DNA of 64,000 nt from Polyangiales bacterium (GCA_038230375.1 JBBRNJ010000007.1:1-64000); one strand, 5' to 3'. Counted from the first letter of the stretch, positions 17,180-27,013 are shown. The notes: generated by a model from the sequence alone, not told the origin. Program-made: numbers and translations.

Positions 17180-19270
17180 TCACACCTTGCTACTGCGACG
17201 GCGCCGCGCGATGACTCCTGCGAGGGCGAGGCCCAGGCCGAGTACCAGCGTGCCGGTCTTGCCGCGGCCCGCGCCGATCGGGCCCATGGTGCACGACTTC
17301 CAGTTCGAGAAGGGACCACCGCCGCAGCCATTGTCGTAGCCGCCGAAGGTTCCGTCATAGCCGTAGCCGTTGTTGCCGCCATTGACGCTGCCCCCGCCGC
17401 CCAGTCCGTCGCCGCCGTAGCCGCCACCGCCCCCTCCGCCGCCGCCCCCGCCGCCCCCGTTCGGCATGGTCTTGGCGACGCACGTGCCGATGACCACGTT
17501 CGCCTCCATCTTGCCGTAGCCCGTGCCCTTCGTGAGCGAGAACTCGGTCACGTTAGAGTCACTGATCGCGAGGATGTCGGTCCCGAGCTCCATCGCGCGA
17601 CGCGGGTTGCCCATGACGGGAAGGAGCGCGTCCTTGGTGAGCGTGTCGTTCTTCCAGGAGACCAGCTGGACGCCGCTCGCGGGGCTCGTGCAGCCGCTCG
17701 TGCCGTCGTACGAGTAGCTTCCGGAGGTGAACGGAACGGCCACGCGGCCGTCGTCGAACACGCGGAACGCCTTCTGGATGCGATCCTGATCCTCGGGGAC
17801 CTCGTAGTTGAGGATGGCGTAGTCCTCGTTCAGATCCGCAGCGCCGAAGGCGACGCGCTTCACCATGGTGGGCTTGTCCATGTCGGACACGTCGAAGAGC
17901 GACACGTTGAGGCTGCCGCCCGGATCCGTGCGGTCCACGCCAAGGCCAATGACGCGGTCGCCATGCGGCTCCAGGTAGAACATGAAGCCTGGCATCGAGA
18001 GCGAGCCGCGTTGCACGGGCAGCGCGGGGTTCGCGAGATCGATCGTGAAGAGCGGGTCTGTCTGGTTGTACGTGATCGCATAGGCGCGGTTCGCGTCGAA
18101 GCGCACGGTGCGCAGGCCCTCCTGGCTCGGCAGGGTCAGGTACGTGCTGCCCAGCGGGACGAACGTCTGCGTGTCCTGGATGGTGAACGTCGCGACCTCG
18201 GGCATGGCCTCGCCGTTGCGCGAGCGGCCTGCGCCGAGCTGGCTTATCACGCGGAACACGCCATCGCGCTCGTCCATCTGCCAGCGCGAGAGGACTGCGC
18301 CCGCCGTCTGGATCCGCGCGCCCTTGCCGAGCTTGCCGGTGGGGTCCGTGATGTCGAGCACGTCGATGATGCCTTCGCGCTGAGTGCTGTCGCCGAACGT
18401 GGCCGGGTCGATGTCAGCGTGACCGCCGATGTAGAGCCGCGTGTCCGTGGCGATGATGCTGCGCTTCCACGCGGAGCCCCACGGCAGGTTGTAGCCATCC
18501 TGCGCGTTGCTCGCGAACGACGCCTGGTCCACCTTGGCGATGCCGGAGGGGTTCGTCACGTCGAACGACGTCACCATGGTGCGCGGCTTCGGGCCGCACT
18601 GGAAGCAGGCGGAGTTCTCGTAGGTGGCGAGATAGAGGGCGTTGCCGACGATGCGCGAGTCCGCGAGCTGCCCGGGGACCGGGAAGAGCGCGATCGTGCT
18701 CATGGTCGCCGGGTTCGTCACGTCGAGCGTCACGATCGCTGCGCCGAGCGACGGGTCCGGCGCGGTGCTGGTCCCGCCGGTGCCCGTGCCGGAATTCGTT
18801 GCCGCACCGCCGTCGGGGCTCGCATCGGCCGAGACCGGAGGGACGGGCAGGCCGTTCGCCGTGAACGCGCCGTCGCTCATGGCGACGATGACGTTGCCTC
18901 GCAGGTACATCTCGAACGGCTGGCCAGAGATGGTGGTCTGTCCGAGCAGCGCGAGCGCACCGGGGCGCGAGACGTCGACGATGCTGACCGTGCCCGACTT
19001 GCTCATGGCGTAGAGACGCCCGCCCTGGACCTGGATGATGTCCGCCTCCGTGATCGCGCGCTGCGCAGCCGCCCCGCTGCTGGGACTGCCCGCGAGGCCT
19101 CCGTTTGCGCCACTCGAAGCGTTGCCCGCCGGCGGCGACGTGTTGTCTGCAGACGGCGAGGAGCTGAACGCGGAGTCCGAGCACGCAGAGTTGCCACAAC
19201 CTTCCAGCGCAAACGCGGCGAGGACAAGGGCAGCTGCGGAGGCGGGCGCGATGCGAAGGTTTCGGCTCAT
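17180..19270 (-). CDS. Secreted beta-propeller-domain protein with a MYXO-CTERM-like tail
   Basis: Lipobox-like LEGC; EADIIQ, RWQMDE, VRFDANRAYAITYNQTDPLFTIDL, MPGFMFYLEP; Gly-rich linker, then C..., TM helix, RRRR. Confidence 0.85.
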   Translation of the reverse strand: MSRNLRIAPASAAALVLAAFALEGCGNSACSDSAFSSSPSADNTSPPAGNASSGANGGLAGSPSSGAAAQRAITEADIIQVQGGRLYAMSKSGTVSIVDVSRPGALALLGQTTISGQPFEMYLRGNVIVAMSDGAFTANGLPVPPVSADASPDGGAATNSGTGTGGTSTAPDPSLGAAIVTLDVTNPATMSTIALFPVPGQLADSRIVGNALYLATYENSACFQCGPKPRTMVTSFDVTNPSGIAKVDQASFASNAQDGYNLPWGSAWKRSIIATDTRLYIGGHADIDPATFGDSTQREGIIDVLDITDPTGKLGKGARIQTAGAVLSRWQMDERDGVFRVISQLGAGRSRNGEAMPEVATFTIQDTQTFVPLGSTYLTLPSQEGLRTVRFDANRAYAITYNQTDPLFTIDLANPALPVQRGSLSMPGFMFYLEPHGDRVIGLGVDRTDPGGSLNVSLFDVSDMDKPTMVKRVAFGAADLNEDYAILNYEVPEDQDRIQKAFRVFDDGRVAVPFTSGSYSYDGTSGCTSPASGVQLVSWKNDTLTKDALLPVMGNPRRAMELGTDILAISDSNVTEFSLTKGTGYGKMEANVVIGTCVAKTMPNGGGGGGGGGGGGGYGGDGLGGGGSVNGGNNGYGYDGTFGGYDNGCGGGPFSNWKSCTMGPIGAGRGKTGTLVLGLGLALAGVIARRRRSSKV

Positions 19271-19283
19271 GCGTCCACCCGTC

Positions 19284-19298
19284 GCAAGGTGCGCGCCA
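19284..19298 (-). promoter_or_regulatory. Sigma-54 (-24/-12) promoter of the beta-propeller gene
   Basis: Minus strand TGGCGCG-CACC-TTGC, 13 nt before the ATG at 19270. Confidence 0.7.
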
Positions 19299-19442
19299 TT
19301 GCGTGGACGTGCGCACGAGGGCTGAAAATAAGCTTGATTCGCGTTGTGAAGGATCGCGATGTCAGGGGGGAGCCCCTGATCCGAGCGGGCATGACCGCGA
19401 CCCGAGCGTCCCGTGACAACGCTGTCGCGCGCGCTTGCGCAA

Positions 19443-21341
19443 TCAGTGATGGAGCGCGTTCATGTACGCGATGCGTGCGCGCTCGATCTCGCTCGTGTCC
19501 GCGTCCAGATCGATCACGAACGGCGCGGCGCCCAGCTTCTCCATCGCCGCGCACGCGTAGGAGCGCACCATTGGATACGGGTTCGTGAGGGCAGGGCCGA
19601 GCGCGTCCAGGGCCTCACGCCTTCGGAGCGAACGGAACGGGCTCTTCTGGTCGCCCGCGCCGTCACCGAGCACGTACGCCGCCGTCGCGATCTCGTGCGG
19701 CTTCCCGCGCTCCACCGTGGCCAGGAGCACGTTCGCATCAAGGCTCCCGTACAGCCGCTCCAGCGCCGCGGTGTCGTACGGCCGCTTCCACCAGGCCGTC
19801 ATCGTGCTCGTGAGCTCACGCACGGTCTTGTCGCCGTGGCAGAGCGCACACTCCAGCGGCCGGTCCAGCAGCACGCGCTCCGGATCCGTCGGGCTACCGA
19901 TGCGGTGGTATCGCGACAGCGTCCCATCCAGCGCCAGGTTCTTCCGCGGCATGTGGCACCCGACGCAGCGCCCGCCCTCGCCCGTGGAGGCGTGGTGCGA
20001 GTGCGCCTCCGCCTTCTCCTTCGCGGCCAGGTCCTGGTGGCATTGCGTGCAGACTGCATCTTTCAGCGCGCCGCTCAGCCGCGTGTTGTCGTCCGCGTGC
20101 GGATCGTGGCACGTCGTACATGCCAGCTGGGACTGGCAGCGCCCGAGCATGAGGTCCCGCGCCTCGCCCGAGTTGATGTTGCTGCCGCCCGGAGTGCCGT
20201 GGCGATCGCCGCCCTCCCACGTGTGCGGATAGCCGCTGAAGAGCACCTGATGGCAGCGCGCGCAGACGCGGTTCACGGTCTCCGCGTGCGTGGCCGCCCG
20301 TCCCTCGGGGCCGATCGAGATGGCCGGCGAGATGGGCGAGAGCGACGGCTTGTGCGTGGGTGACTCCGCGTGAGCGCGCGCGCCGTTGTGACACGACTCG
20401 CAGCCGATGCCCGTCTCCACCAGGTGCGATGCCCGGAAATGGCCGCGGATGGCGGTGACCCCCGCGATGGCCGCGCGCGCGGGCTCTGGCTCACCCGCTG
20501 CGCTCACGCCAAGGCGCTGCTCTTCCTGGTCCACCAGACGCGAGAACGCCACGGCGTCCGTCACGCGGTACGCGAAGCGACGCGCCGCCGGTAGTAGCGG
20601 GTCCACCACCTCACCCTGGTAGGGCGTCTTCTTCCCCGTGAACGCGCCCAGCGCCGTGTCGATGTACGGCACGGTGTTGTGGCAGAAGATACAGGTCTTG
20701 TTCCACTCCGGCCCCTCGTGCAGGAGCGGCCGCTCCTTCACCATCACGCTGTAGCCCTTGTAGCGGAGCCGCTTGGTGCCAAGGACGTACGTGACGGGCA
20801 TCACCCACTCGCTGCTCGGATCGCCCATCACTGCGGCGTCCTTCTTTGCGGCGGCGACCTGGATGCCCGCGTAGTCCTCGCGCACACGCCCGCCGATCAC
20901 GCGCGTCATGCGGAACACGCGCGGCTGTCCGCCCTTCTGCGAGATCTCGAAGAAGCGCGCGTCTCCGTCGCTCGTCAGGCGCACAGCGTCCCCCTTGAAG
21001 GAGAACGTCTCGCCCGCGAACGGCGCGTGCAGCTCCACGGCGCTTCCCGCTTCTTCGTGCGGCCCACGGACGCGAGCCTCTCGCGTCATGCGATGCATGG
21101 GCGAGCGCGAGAATGTGGTGACCAGCTCTGCGTGACATGGCTCACATGCCGCAGTCCCCGCGTAGTCGTCAAACGCCACGTTCGAGTCCGTGCGTGCGGG
21201 ACCTCGCACCGTGCTCGAAGGCACTCCGCGTGGGGTCGCATTGCCCGTCACGGCTCGAGGCTCCACCCGACCTCCCGCGCATGCTCCGACGACGCCCGAA
21301 ACGAGCATCAGGAGCCAGGGCAGAGCGAAGCGAATGCGCAC
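19443..21341 (-). CDS. Multiheme (8 CxxCH) cytochrome c lipoprotein with a C-terminal HEAT-like region
   Basis: CEPCH, CIFCH, CESCH, CARCH, CTTCH, CTQCH, CVGCH, CALCH; lipobox VGAC; LGPALTNPYPMVRSYACAAM. Confidence 0.88.
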   Translation of the reverse strand: MRIRFALPWLLMLVSGVVGACAGGRVEPRAVTGNATPRGVPSSTVRGPARTDSNVAFDDYAGTAACEPCHAELVTTFSRSPMHRMTREARVRGPHEEAGSAVELHAPFAGETFSFKGDAVRLTSDGDARFFEISQKGGQPRVFRMTRVIGGRVREDYAGIQVAAAKKDAAVMGDPSSEWVMPVTYVLGTKRLRYKGYSVMVKERPLLHEGPEWNKTCIFCHNTVPYIDTALGAFTGKKTPYQGEVVDPLLPAARRFAYRVTDAVAFSRLVDQEEQRLGVSAAGEPEPARAAIAGVTAIRGHFRASHLVETGIGCESCHNGARAHAESPTHKPSLSPISPAISIGPEGRAATHAETVNRVCARCHQVLFSGYPHTWEGGDRHGTPGGSNINSGEARDLMLGRCQSQLACTTCHDPHADDNTRLSGALKDAVCTQCHQDLAAKEKAEAHSHHASTGEGGRCVGCHMPRKNLALDGTLSRYHRIGSPTDPERVLLDRPLECALCHGDKTVRELTSTMTAWWKRPYDTAALERLYGSLDANVLLATVERGKPHEIATAAYVLGDGAGDQKSPFRSLRRREALDALGPALTNPYPMVRSYACAAMEKLGAAPFVIDLDADTSEIERARIAYMNALHH

Positions 21342-21482
21342 GCGCAGACGCTACCATTGCGCGGCCGAAACCCGCATGGTTTCGAGCGGATGCGCCCTCC
21401 TTCACCAACGCGAAACCCGGCGTGTCGGCCGCACTTTTAGCGCGGGACATTTGGGGATTTGGCGCTAGAGAGGGGGTACCTC

Positions 21483-22478
21483 ATGTTGCCCAAACGAAGC
21501 GCAGATTGGCGGCCCCTCCTCTGGTGCGCAGCGATGCCCGTCGTGGTCCTCGCGCAGTACATCCGCCCCGAGCTCCTGCCGTACCTCTGCCCGCTGTCGT
21601 TCTACTTTGCCATGGCCGCCGGGACCATCGCGCACAACCACAATCATGTGCCCACGTTCGAGAGCAAGCGCATGAACGCGCTCATGGGCGTCTGGGTCAG
21701 CATCTTCTACGGCTACCCGGTCTTCGCCTGGGTCCCCACGCACAACCTCAATCACCACAAGTACGTGAACAAGCCGGGCGACGCGACCATCACGTGGCGC
21801 CACTCGAACAGCAACAACATCGTCATCGCGTTCACCTACTTCTTCATCTCGTCGTTCTACCAGGCCGGTCCGATCAACGAGTACAAGCAGAAGGCGAAGC
21901 AGCGGAACCCGAAGCTCTACTCGACCATCACCACGCAGATGACCTGCTGGCTGGGCGTCAACGCGCTGTTCCTCGCGTTCTCGGTGGGTCTCAACTACTG
22001 GAAGCACGGCAACGCGGGCGCGCTGCAAGGCCTCTACCTCTTCGTGATGGTGAGCCTGCTCCCGTCGCTCTTCGGCACGTGGTCCATGATGTGGTTCAAC
22101 TACATGCAGCACGTCCATGCGGACCCGTGGAGCAAGTACAACCACTCACGCAACATCACTGGCTACATCTTCAACTTCCTGGTCTTCAACAACGGCCTCC
22201 ACACCGTGCACCATCTGAATGCGGGCTCGCACTGGTCGGATGCGCGCGCGGAGCACAAGAAGTACGAGCACCTCGTCGACCCGCGCCTGAACGAACGCTC
22301 CTTCTGGTGGTGGGTGATTCGCGCATACGTGCTCAGCATCTTCATCCCGCCGTTCCGCACCAAGCAGGTGGGGCGCGCGCCGTTCGACACCCCGGACGCG
22401 GGCGTGGTCGACGCGGCAGAAGTGAAGACGGACTCCGTGGAAGCGCTCGACGCTGGCGCAAACGCACAGATGGTGTGA
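21483..22478 (+). CDS. Membrane fatty acid desaturase family protein
   Basis: His boxes HNHNH, HNLNHH, QH and HTVHH, plus TM segments. Confidence 0.9.
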   Translation: MLPKRSADWRPLLWCAAMPVVVLAQYIRPELLPYLCPLSFYFAMAAGTIAHNHNHVPTFESKRMNALMGVWVSIFYGYPVFAWVPTHNLNHHKYVNKPGDATITWRHSNSNNIVIAFTYFFISSFYQAGPINEYKQKAKQRNPKLYSTITTQMTCWLGVNALFLAFSVGLNYWKHGNAGALQGLYLFVMVSLLPSLFGTWSMMWFNYMQHVHADPWSKYNHSRNITGYIFNFLVFNNGLHTVHHLNAGSHWSDARAEHKKYEHLVDPRLNERSFWWWVIRAYVLSIFIPPFRTKQVGRAPFDTPDAGVVDAAEVKTDSVEALDAGANAQMV

Positions 22479-22492
22479 CCATGGGCGTTCCC

Positions 22493-23293
22493 ATGGCAAC
22501 CAAGAAGAAGACCGCTCCGAAGAAGCAAGTCGCGCCCAGGAAGAAGCAGGCTCCCAAGAAGCCGGCTCCCAGGAAGAAGCAGGCTCCCGGAGCGAAGCCG
22601 CGCACGCTCGCGATCGACATCGGTGGCACGGGTGTGAAGGCGCTCGTGCTGGATGCGAATGGCAAGACCCTGACGGAGCGCATTCGGATCGAGACGCCCA
22701 AGCCCGCCACGCCCGCGGCCGTCCTTGGCGCGATCCGCGAGATCGCGAAATCCTTCGGCGACTTCGAGCGCGTCAGCTGCGGCTTCCCCGGTGTCGTCAT
22801 CGGCGGCGTCGTCCACACGGCGGCCAACCTGGGCACGGAGGCGTGGCGCGGATTTCAGCTCGCGAAGAAGCTCTCCGCGGCGTTCGGCAACGTGCCCGCG
22901 CGCGCGCTCAACGACGCAGGGGTCCAGGGCTTCGGCATCATCCATGGCAAGGGCACGGAGATGGTGCTCACGCTCGGCACTGGCATGGGCTGCGCGCTCT
23001 TCATCGACGGGCGCTACGTCCCGAACCTGGAGCTCGCTCACCACCCGTTCCACAAGCGGAAGTCGTACGAGGAGTGGATCGGAAACAAGGCGCTGAAGCG
23101 CGTCGGCAAGCACGAGTGGAACAGGCGCGTGCGCCACGTGCTCGAGCTCGTGCAGCCAATCTTCAATCCCACCGTCATCTATCTCGGCGGCGGCAACGCA
23201 AAAAATTTGCGCGGAAAATTGCCGAAGAACGTGAAGATCGGCGACAACGTCGCGGGGCTCCTGGGCGGCATCGCGTTGTGGCGCGAGACCTGA
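22493..23293 (+). CDS. ROK-family sugar kinase (polyphosphate glucokinase-like) with a Lys-rich N-terminal extension
   Basis: LAIDIGGTGVK, GFPG, NDAGVQG, TLGTGMG, PNLELAH, YLGGGN; alternative ATG at 22481. Confidence 0.85.
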   Translation: MATKKKTAPKKQVAPRKKQAPKKPAPRKKQAPGAKPRTLAIDIGGTGVKALVLDANGKTLTERIRIETPKPATPAAVLGAIREIAKSFGDFERVSCGFPGVVIGGVVHTAANLGTEAWRGFQLAKKLSAAFGNVPARALNDAGVQGFGIIHGKGTEMVLTLGTGMGCALFIDGRYVPNLELAHHPFHKRKSYEEWIGNKALKRVGKHEWNRRVRHVLELVQPIFNPTVIYLGGGNAKNLRGKLPKNVKIGDNVAGLLGGIALWRET

Positions 23294-23307
23294 GGTAGGC
23301 TTCGGGT

Positions 23308-24978
23308 ATGTCTGGCACCCTCGAGGGCGAGGGCCGAGCACCGGTCAAGGTCGTAGGTCGCTACGCGCTCTATGGCGAGATCGCCGCGGGGGGAATGGCC
23401 ACCGTTCACATCGGGCGTTTGCTCGGGCCCGTGGGCTTCGCGCGCACTGTCGCCGTGAAGCGGCTGCACGCGCAGTTCGCCAAGGATCCAGAGTTCGTCT
23501 CCATGTTCCTGGACGAGGCGCGCCTTGCCGCGCGTGTGCAGCACCCGAATGTCGTCGCGACGATCGACGTGGTCGCGACGGATGGCGAGCTGTTCCTCAT
23601 CATGGACTATGTCCGCGGTGAGACGCTCGCGCGGCTCGTTCGTGCGACGCGGAAGCGCGGTGAGCACGTGTCGCCGAAGATCGTCACTGCGATCATGTGC
23701 GGCTTCCTCCACGGCCTGCATGCCGCACACGAGGCAAAGAACGAGCGCGGTGAGCCGCTTGGCCTCATCCATCGCGACGTGTCACCGCAGAACGTGCTGG
23801 TCGGCTCCGACGGTGTCGCGCGCGTGCTCGACTTCGGCGTCGCGAAGGCCGCCGGTCGCATCCAGGTCACGCGCGAGGGTCAGGTGAAGGGCAAGCTCTC
23901 GTACATGCCGCCCGAGCAGCTGTCCGGGGGTGCGCTCACGCGCGCGGTGGACATCTACGCGGCCGCGGTCGTGCTCTGGGAGGCGTTCACGGGCGAGCGC
24001 CTCTTCAAGGGCGACTCGGAGGGCGAGACGCTCCACAAGATCCTGCGCGGCGCGGTGGAGCCGCCCAGCATCTACACGCCGGGCCTGAGCCAGAAGCTGG
24101 ACGAGGTGTGCATGCGCGCGCTGTCGCGCGACGTTTCCAGGCGCTATGGCACGGCGCGGGAGATGGCGCTCGCGCTGGAGCGGTGTGAAGGCATCGCCTC
24201 GCCCACAGATGTCGGAGAGTGGGTGGAGCGCGTTGCCGGCAGCGATCTCCATTCGCGCGAGGAGCGCATAGCGGAGATCGAGAGCAACTCGGCCGGGCTC
24301 TCAGTGCCCCACAGCCAGCTGCCTCCGGACTCGAATTCCGATGTGAGCGCAGCTCACTCGTCGCGCGTACCGTCGTCACAGCGAAGCTCGCGGAAGATCG
24401 AGGCCACGTTGGTGGGCGTGGGTCCGCCGTCCCAAGGCACGCTCCCGCTGGCGAGTTCGCCGCGGATCGATGCCGGCGCCCCGCGCTCGCGCCCACGACC
24501 ATCACCCGAAGACAGCGAGGTGTCGAAGAGGCAGGGCATCTCCGGCTTCACGAAGCTGATGCAACTCCCCATGGAGCGACGCCTGCCGCTCCTGGTGGGT
24601 GGCTGCGCGGCGCTGCTGCTCCTGCTCGTGATCATTATCGGCATCGCGCTCTCCGGGCGGAAGAGCAATGACGACGTCACGCCAGATCAGGCGTCCTCCG
24701 CAAGCCCGGCGACCAGCGCATCTGTCGCCATTGCGCTCTCCGCGGAGCCCGTGAAGCCATTCGGCGATCCCGTTGCCGCCATCAGCGCGGCGCAGAGCGC
24801 GGTTGCTGCCGCGGACAGCGCACCTGCCGTCACCGCGAAGCCAACCGCGAAGCCGCTGCCGTGGCAGCCAACACCGCCCGTGGCGGTGCAGACACCGCCG
24901 CCAAAGAAGCCCAACTGTGATCCGCCGTACACGCTGGACGCAAAGGGCCACAAGCACTTCAAGGTGGAGTGCAACTAG
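23308..24978 (+). CDS. Membrane Ser/Thr protein kinase
   Basis: IAAGGMATV, AVK, HRDVSPQN, DFG, GKLSYMPPE; one TM; P/A-rich tail ending CDPPYTLDAKGHKHFKVEC. Confidence 0.95.
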   Translation: MSGTLEGEGRAPVKVVGRYALYGEIAAGGMATVHIGRLLGPVGFARTVAVKRLHAQFAKDPEFVSMFLDEARLAARVQHPNVVATIDVVATDGELFLIMDYVRGETLARLVRATRKRGEHVSPKIVTAIMCGFLHGLHAAHEAKNERGEPLGLIHRDVSPQNVLVGSDGVARVLDFGVAKAAGRIQVTREGQVKGKLSYMPPEQLSGGALTRAVDIYAAAVVLWEAFTGERLFKGDSEGETLHKILRGAVEPPSIYTPGLSQKLDEVCMRALSRDVSRRYGTAREMALALERCEGIASPTDVGEWVERVAGSDLHSREERIAEIESNSAGLSVPHSQLPPDSNSDVSAAHSSRVPSSQRSSRKIEATLVGVGPPSQGTLPLASSPRIDAGAPRSRPRPSPEDSEVSKRQGISGFTKLMQLPMERRLPLLVGGCAALLLLLVIIIGIALSGRKSNDDVTPDQASSASPATSASVAIALSAEPVKPFGDPVAAISAAQSAVAAADSAPAVTAKPTAKPLPWQPTPPVAVQTPPPKKPNCDPPYTLDAKGHKHFKVECN

Positions 24979-24997
24979 CCCATCCAGGCGTTGCCGT

Positions 24998-26065
24998 TTA
25001 CTTCTCGCCGGCTGGCGGGGCTTGTGGGGCTAGCTGGCCTGGGATGTCGGCGTCTGGGTTCTCCTGGTGCGACGACCAGCCCAGCGCGATGGAGACGCTG
25101 ACGAGCAGCGCGAACGCGACCGGAAACCAGCGGCGCATGCGCTTGTCCAGCTTGATCGCCGCGTCCAGGTTGCCGCCCGTGGTCACGTAGGACTCCCAGA
25201 GCACGATGCCCAGCGCGGCGGCCGTCGCCAGATAGCATGCAGTATACACACGATCCGCGAGCGTCAGATACGGCACGCGCGGAAGTGTGTCGGCCTGCGT
25301 GATCTGGAACGTGATGATGGCGAGCATGCAAGTGATGCCCACGGACGCGGCGCTTCCAAGGTCGTCCGGCTTGATCCAGAAAAGACCGTACGCCAGCGCA
25401 ACGATGAGGAAGAGCGGCAGGAAGTATCGGGTGAGATAGAACTGCGACACGCGCTCGATGGGCGTGGAGATGATGAGCAGTCGCGGCCCCTTCTGTCCCG
25501 GCACCGCGCTGAAGGAGGAGCGCTTCACCTCCAGGCTGGGGTATCCCTCGACGCGCCATCCCGACAGCTCGCGGTATGCGTCGATGGCGATCACATTGGG
25601 CCAGAGATCAGGCTCCCAGATGGCGTCTTCGTCCGTGAGCGCGCGCTCTTCGAGCAAGATGCGCAGGAGCTGCGAGTCAAAGGGGAAGCGCCGCAGACGA
25701 AACCAGTTGGAGAACGTGGCGCCGATGCGGCGCTCGCGGAAGCAGAACTCGCCGGCGTGCGTGGTTTCGTCGACGGAGGCCGTGAGATCGCCCGATGCGT
25801 TGCGCACGACCAGGTCGGGCCGCAGGCCGCCCGCGGGCCAGCGCGTGACAAGGCTGATTTCACCGGTCCACGAGCCACCGCGTTCGCTCACCTCGCGAAG
25901 GTGCGTGACGCGAAGCCCCGTTCGAATGTGCTGCGGCAGCTTCACCGTGACCTTGGTGCGGTCGGTGACGCAGCATTCCTCGGGTGAGCAATCGGATGCG
26001 GCTGACGCGCGGAACGACACAGCCATCACCACCAGCGCAAAGGCGAATGCCACGAGAGCTCTCAT
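24998..26065 (-). CDS. Prokaryotic pentameric ligand-gated ion channel (GLIC/ELIC-like)
   Basis: Signal peptide, beta-sandwich with Pro-loop RRFPFDSQ, pre-M1 Arg (IERVS), M1 Pro (YFLPLFLIV), M2-M3 loop LPRVPYLTLAD, four TM helices. Confidence 0.88.
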   Translation of the reverse strand: MRALVAFAFALVVMAVSFRASAASDCSPEECCVTDRTKVTVKLPQHIRTGLRVTHLREVSERGGSWTGEISLVTRWPAGGLRPDLVVRNASGDLTASVDETTHAGEFCFRERRIGATFSNWFRLRRFPFDSQLLRILLEERALTDEDAIWEPDLWPNVIAIDAYRELSGWRVEGYPSLEVKRSSFSAVPGQKGPRLLIISTPIERVSQFYLTRYFLPLFLIVALAYGLFWIKPDDLGSAASVGITCMLAIITFQITQADTLPRVPYLTLADRVYTACYLATAAALGIVLWESYVTTGGNLDAAIKLDKRMRRWFPVAFALLVSVSIALGWSSHQENPDADIPGQLAPQAPPAGEK

Positions 26066-26129
26066 GCGGCGAGGTTAGCTCAACATGGCCCGCGTCGTAC
26101 TTGCACCGGCATCCGTACGCTCCCCTGAG

Positions 26130-27011
26130 TTACTTCGCGGCGAGACGGGCGCTCGTGGGCGCCTCTAGCTCCTGGTCGATGTCGACCATGGCCTCACCGG
26201 TTGCCTCCAGCGCGAGGCCTGCGCTCTTCACGCTCTTGAGGGCAGAGTCGTCCATGCCCAGCCGCGCGGCGTTCGCCGTGTCCGTGGCTGTGATGGCGCG
26301 CGAGAGCAGCGAGACGTGCTCCGCGATCCGTCTGTCGAGCATCGCGACCACGCCCTGGACGTGCTTGCCTGCGCGCGCGCGCGTGTGTGTCTCCACCTTG
26401 GCCCGCGCCTGCGCGAGCTTCAGTAGGGATTTCCATGTAGTCTGCACGTCTTTCTCCACCTCGGGATCTAGCGGAATATCCGCCGATTCGCGCAAGATCG
26501 TGGCGCCCTCGCGAAGGCTTGCGCGGACGTCCGCGGGCAGATCGCTCGCCACCAGGTCCAGCGCGTGTGCGACTGGATGGTCGGCGTCGATGAGGAGCGG
26601 CAAGCCGGCGACGACCGCTGCGGTGGCGCACGCCACGCCGTACACCAGCGGCTGCGCGTTCACGTACATCGCCGTGATCGCGCCCGACATGCCGCCCGCG
26701 ATGAGCGTAAGGAGCACGTGCACTGCGCGGGGGATATTGCCGCGGATACGCATCGTGCGCTCCGCGAAGACCAGCATCAGGAACGCCGCGCCCGCCGCTG
26801 CCGGTGACGTGGTGCCAAGGACACCTGCCCCGAGCGCGGCGAACGCGCCCGTGCCCACCGAGACGGCATTCGCGTGCGCGGATGCCAGGAGCGCGAGCCC
26901 CACGCCGACGAGCACGAGCGCGGCGACGGACACGAACGGCCCTTGTCTGTTCGCCATGGGAAGGGCGAAGAACGCGACCGCGACCGCAAGGACGTAGAGC
27001 AAGCGCCGCAT
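26130..27011 (-). CDS. Hypothetical membrane protein (multiple N-terminal TMs, helical C-terminus)
   Basis: Hydrophobic G/A-rich first half, amphipathic helical second half; 2 nt downstream of the vWA gene. Confidence 0.75.
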   Translation of the reverse strand: MRRLLYVLAVAVAFFALPMANRQGPFVSVAALVLVGVGLALLASAHANAVSVGTGAFAALGAGVLGTTSPAAAGAAFLMLVFAERTMRIRGNIPRAVHVLLTLIAGGMSGAITAMYVNAQPLVYGVACATAAVVAGLPLLIDADHPVAHALDLVASDLPADVRASLREGATILRESADIPLDPEVEKDVQTTWKSLLKLAQARAKVETHTRARAGKHVQGVVAMLDRRIAEHVSLLSRAITATDTANAARLGMDDSALKSVKSAGLALEATGEAMVDIDQELEAPTSARLAAK

Positions 27012-27013
27012 GA

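Noticed and set aside
21137..23293. 718-aa ROK fusion ORF
   Set aside because: The N-terminal part is off-frame across the desaturase gene; ROK motifs begin only after 22481.
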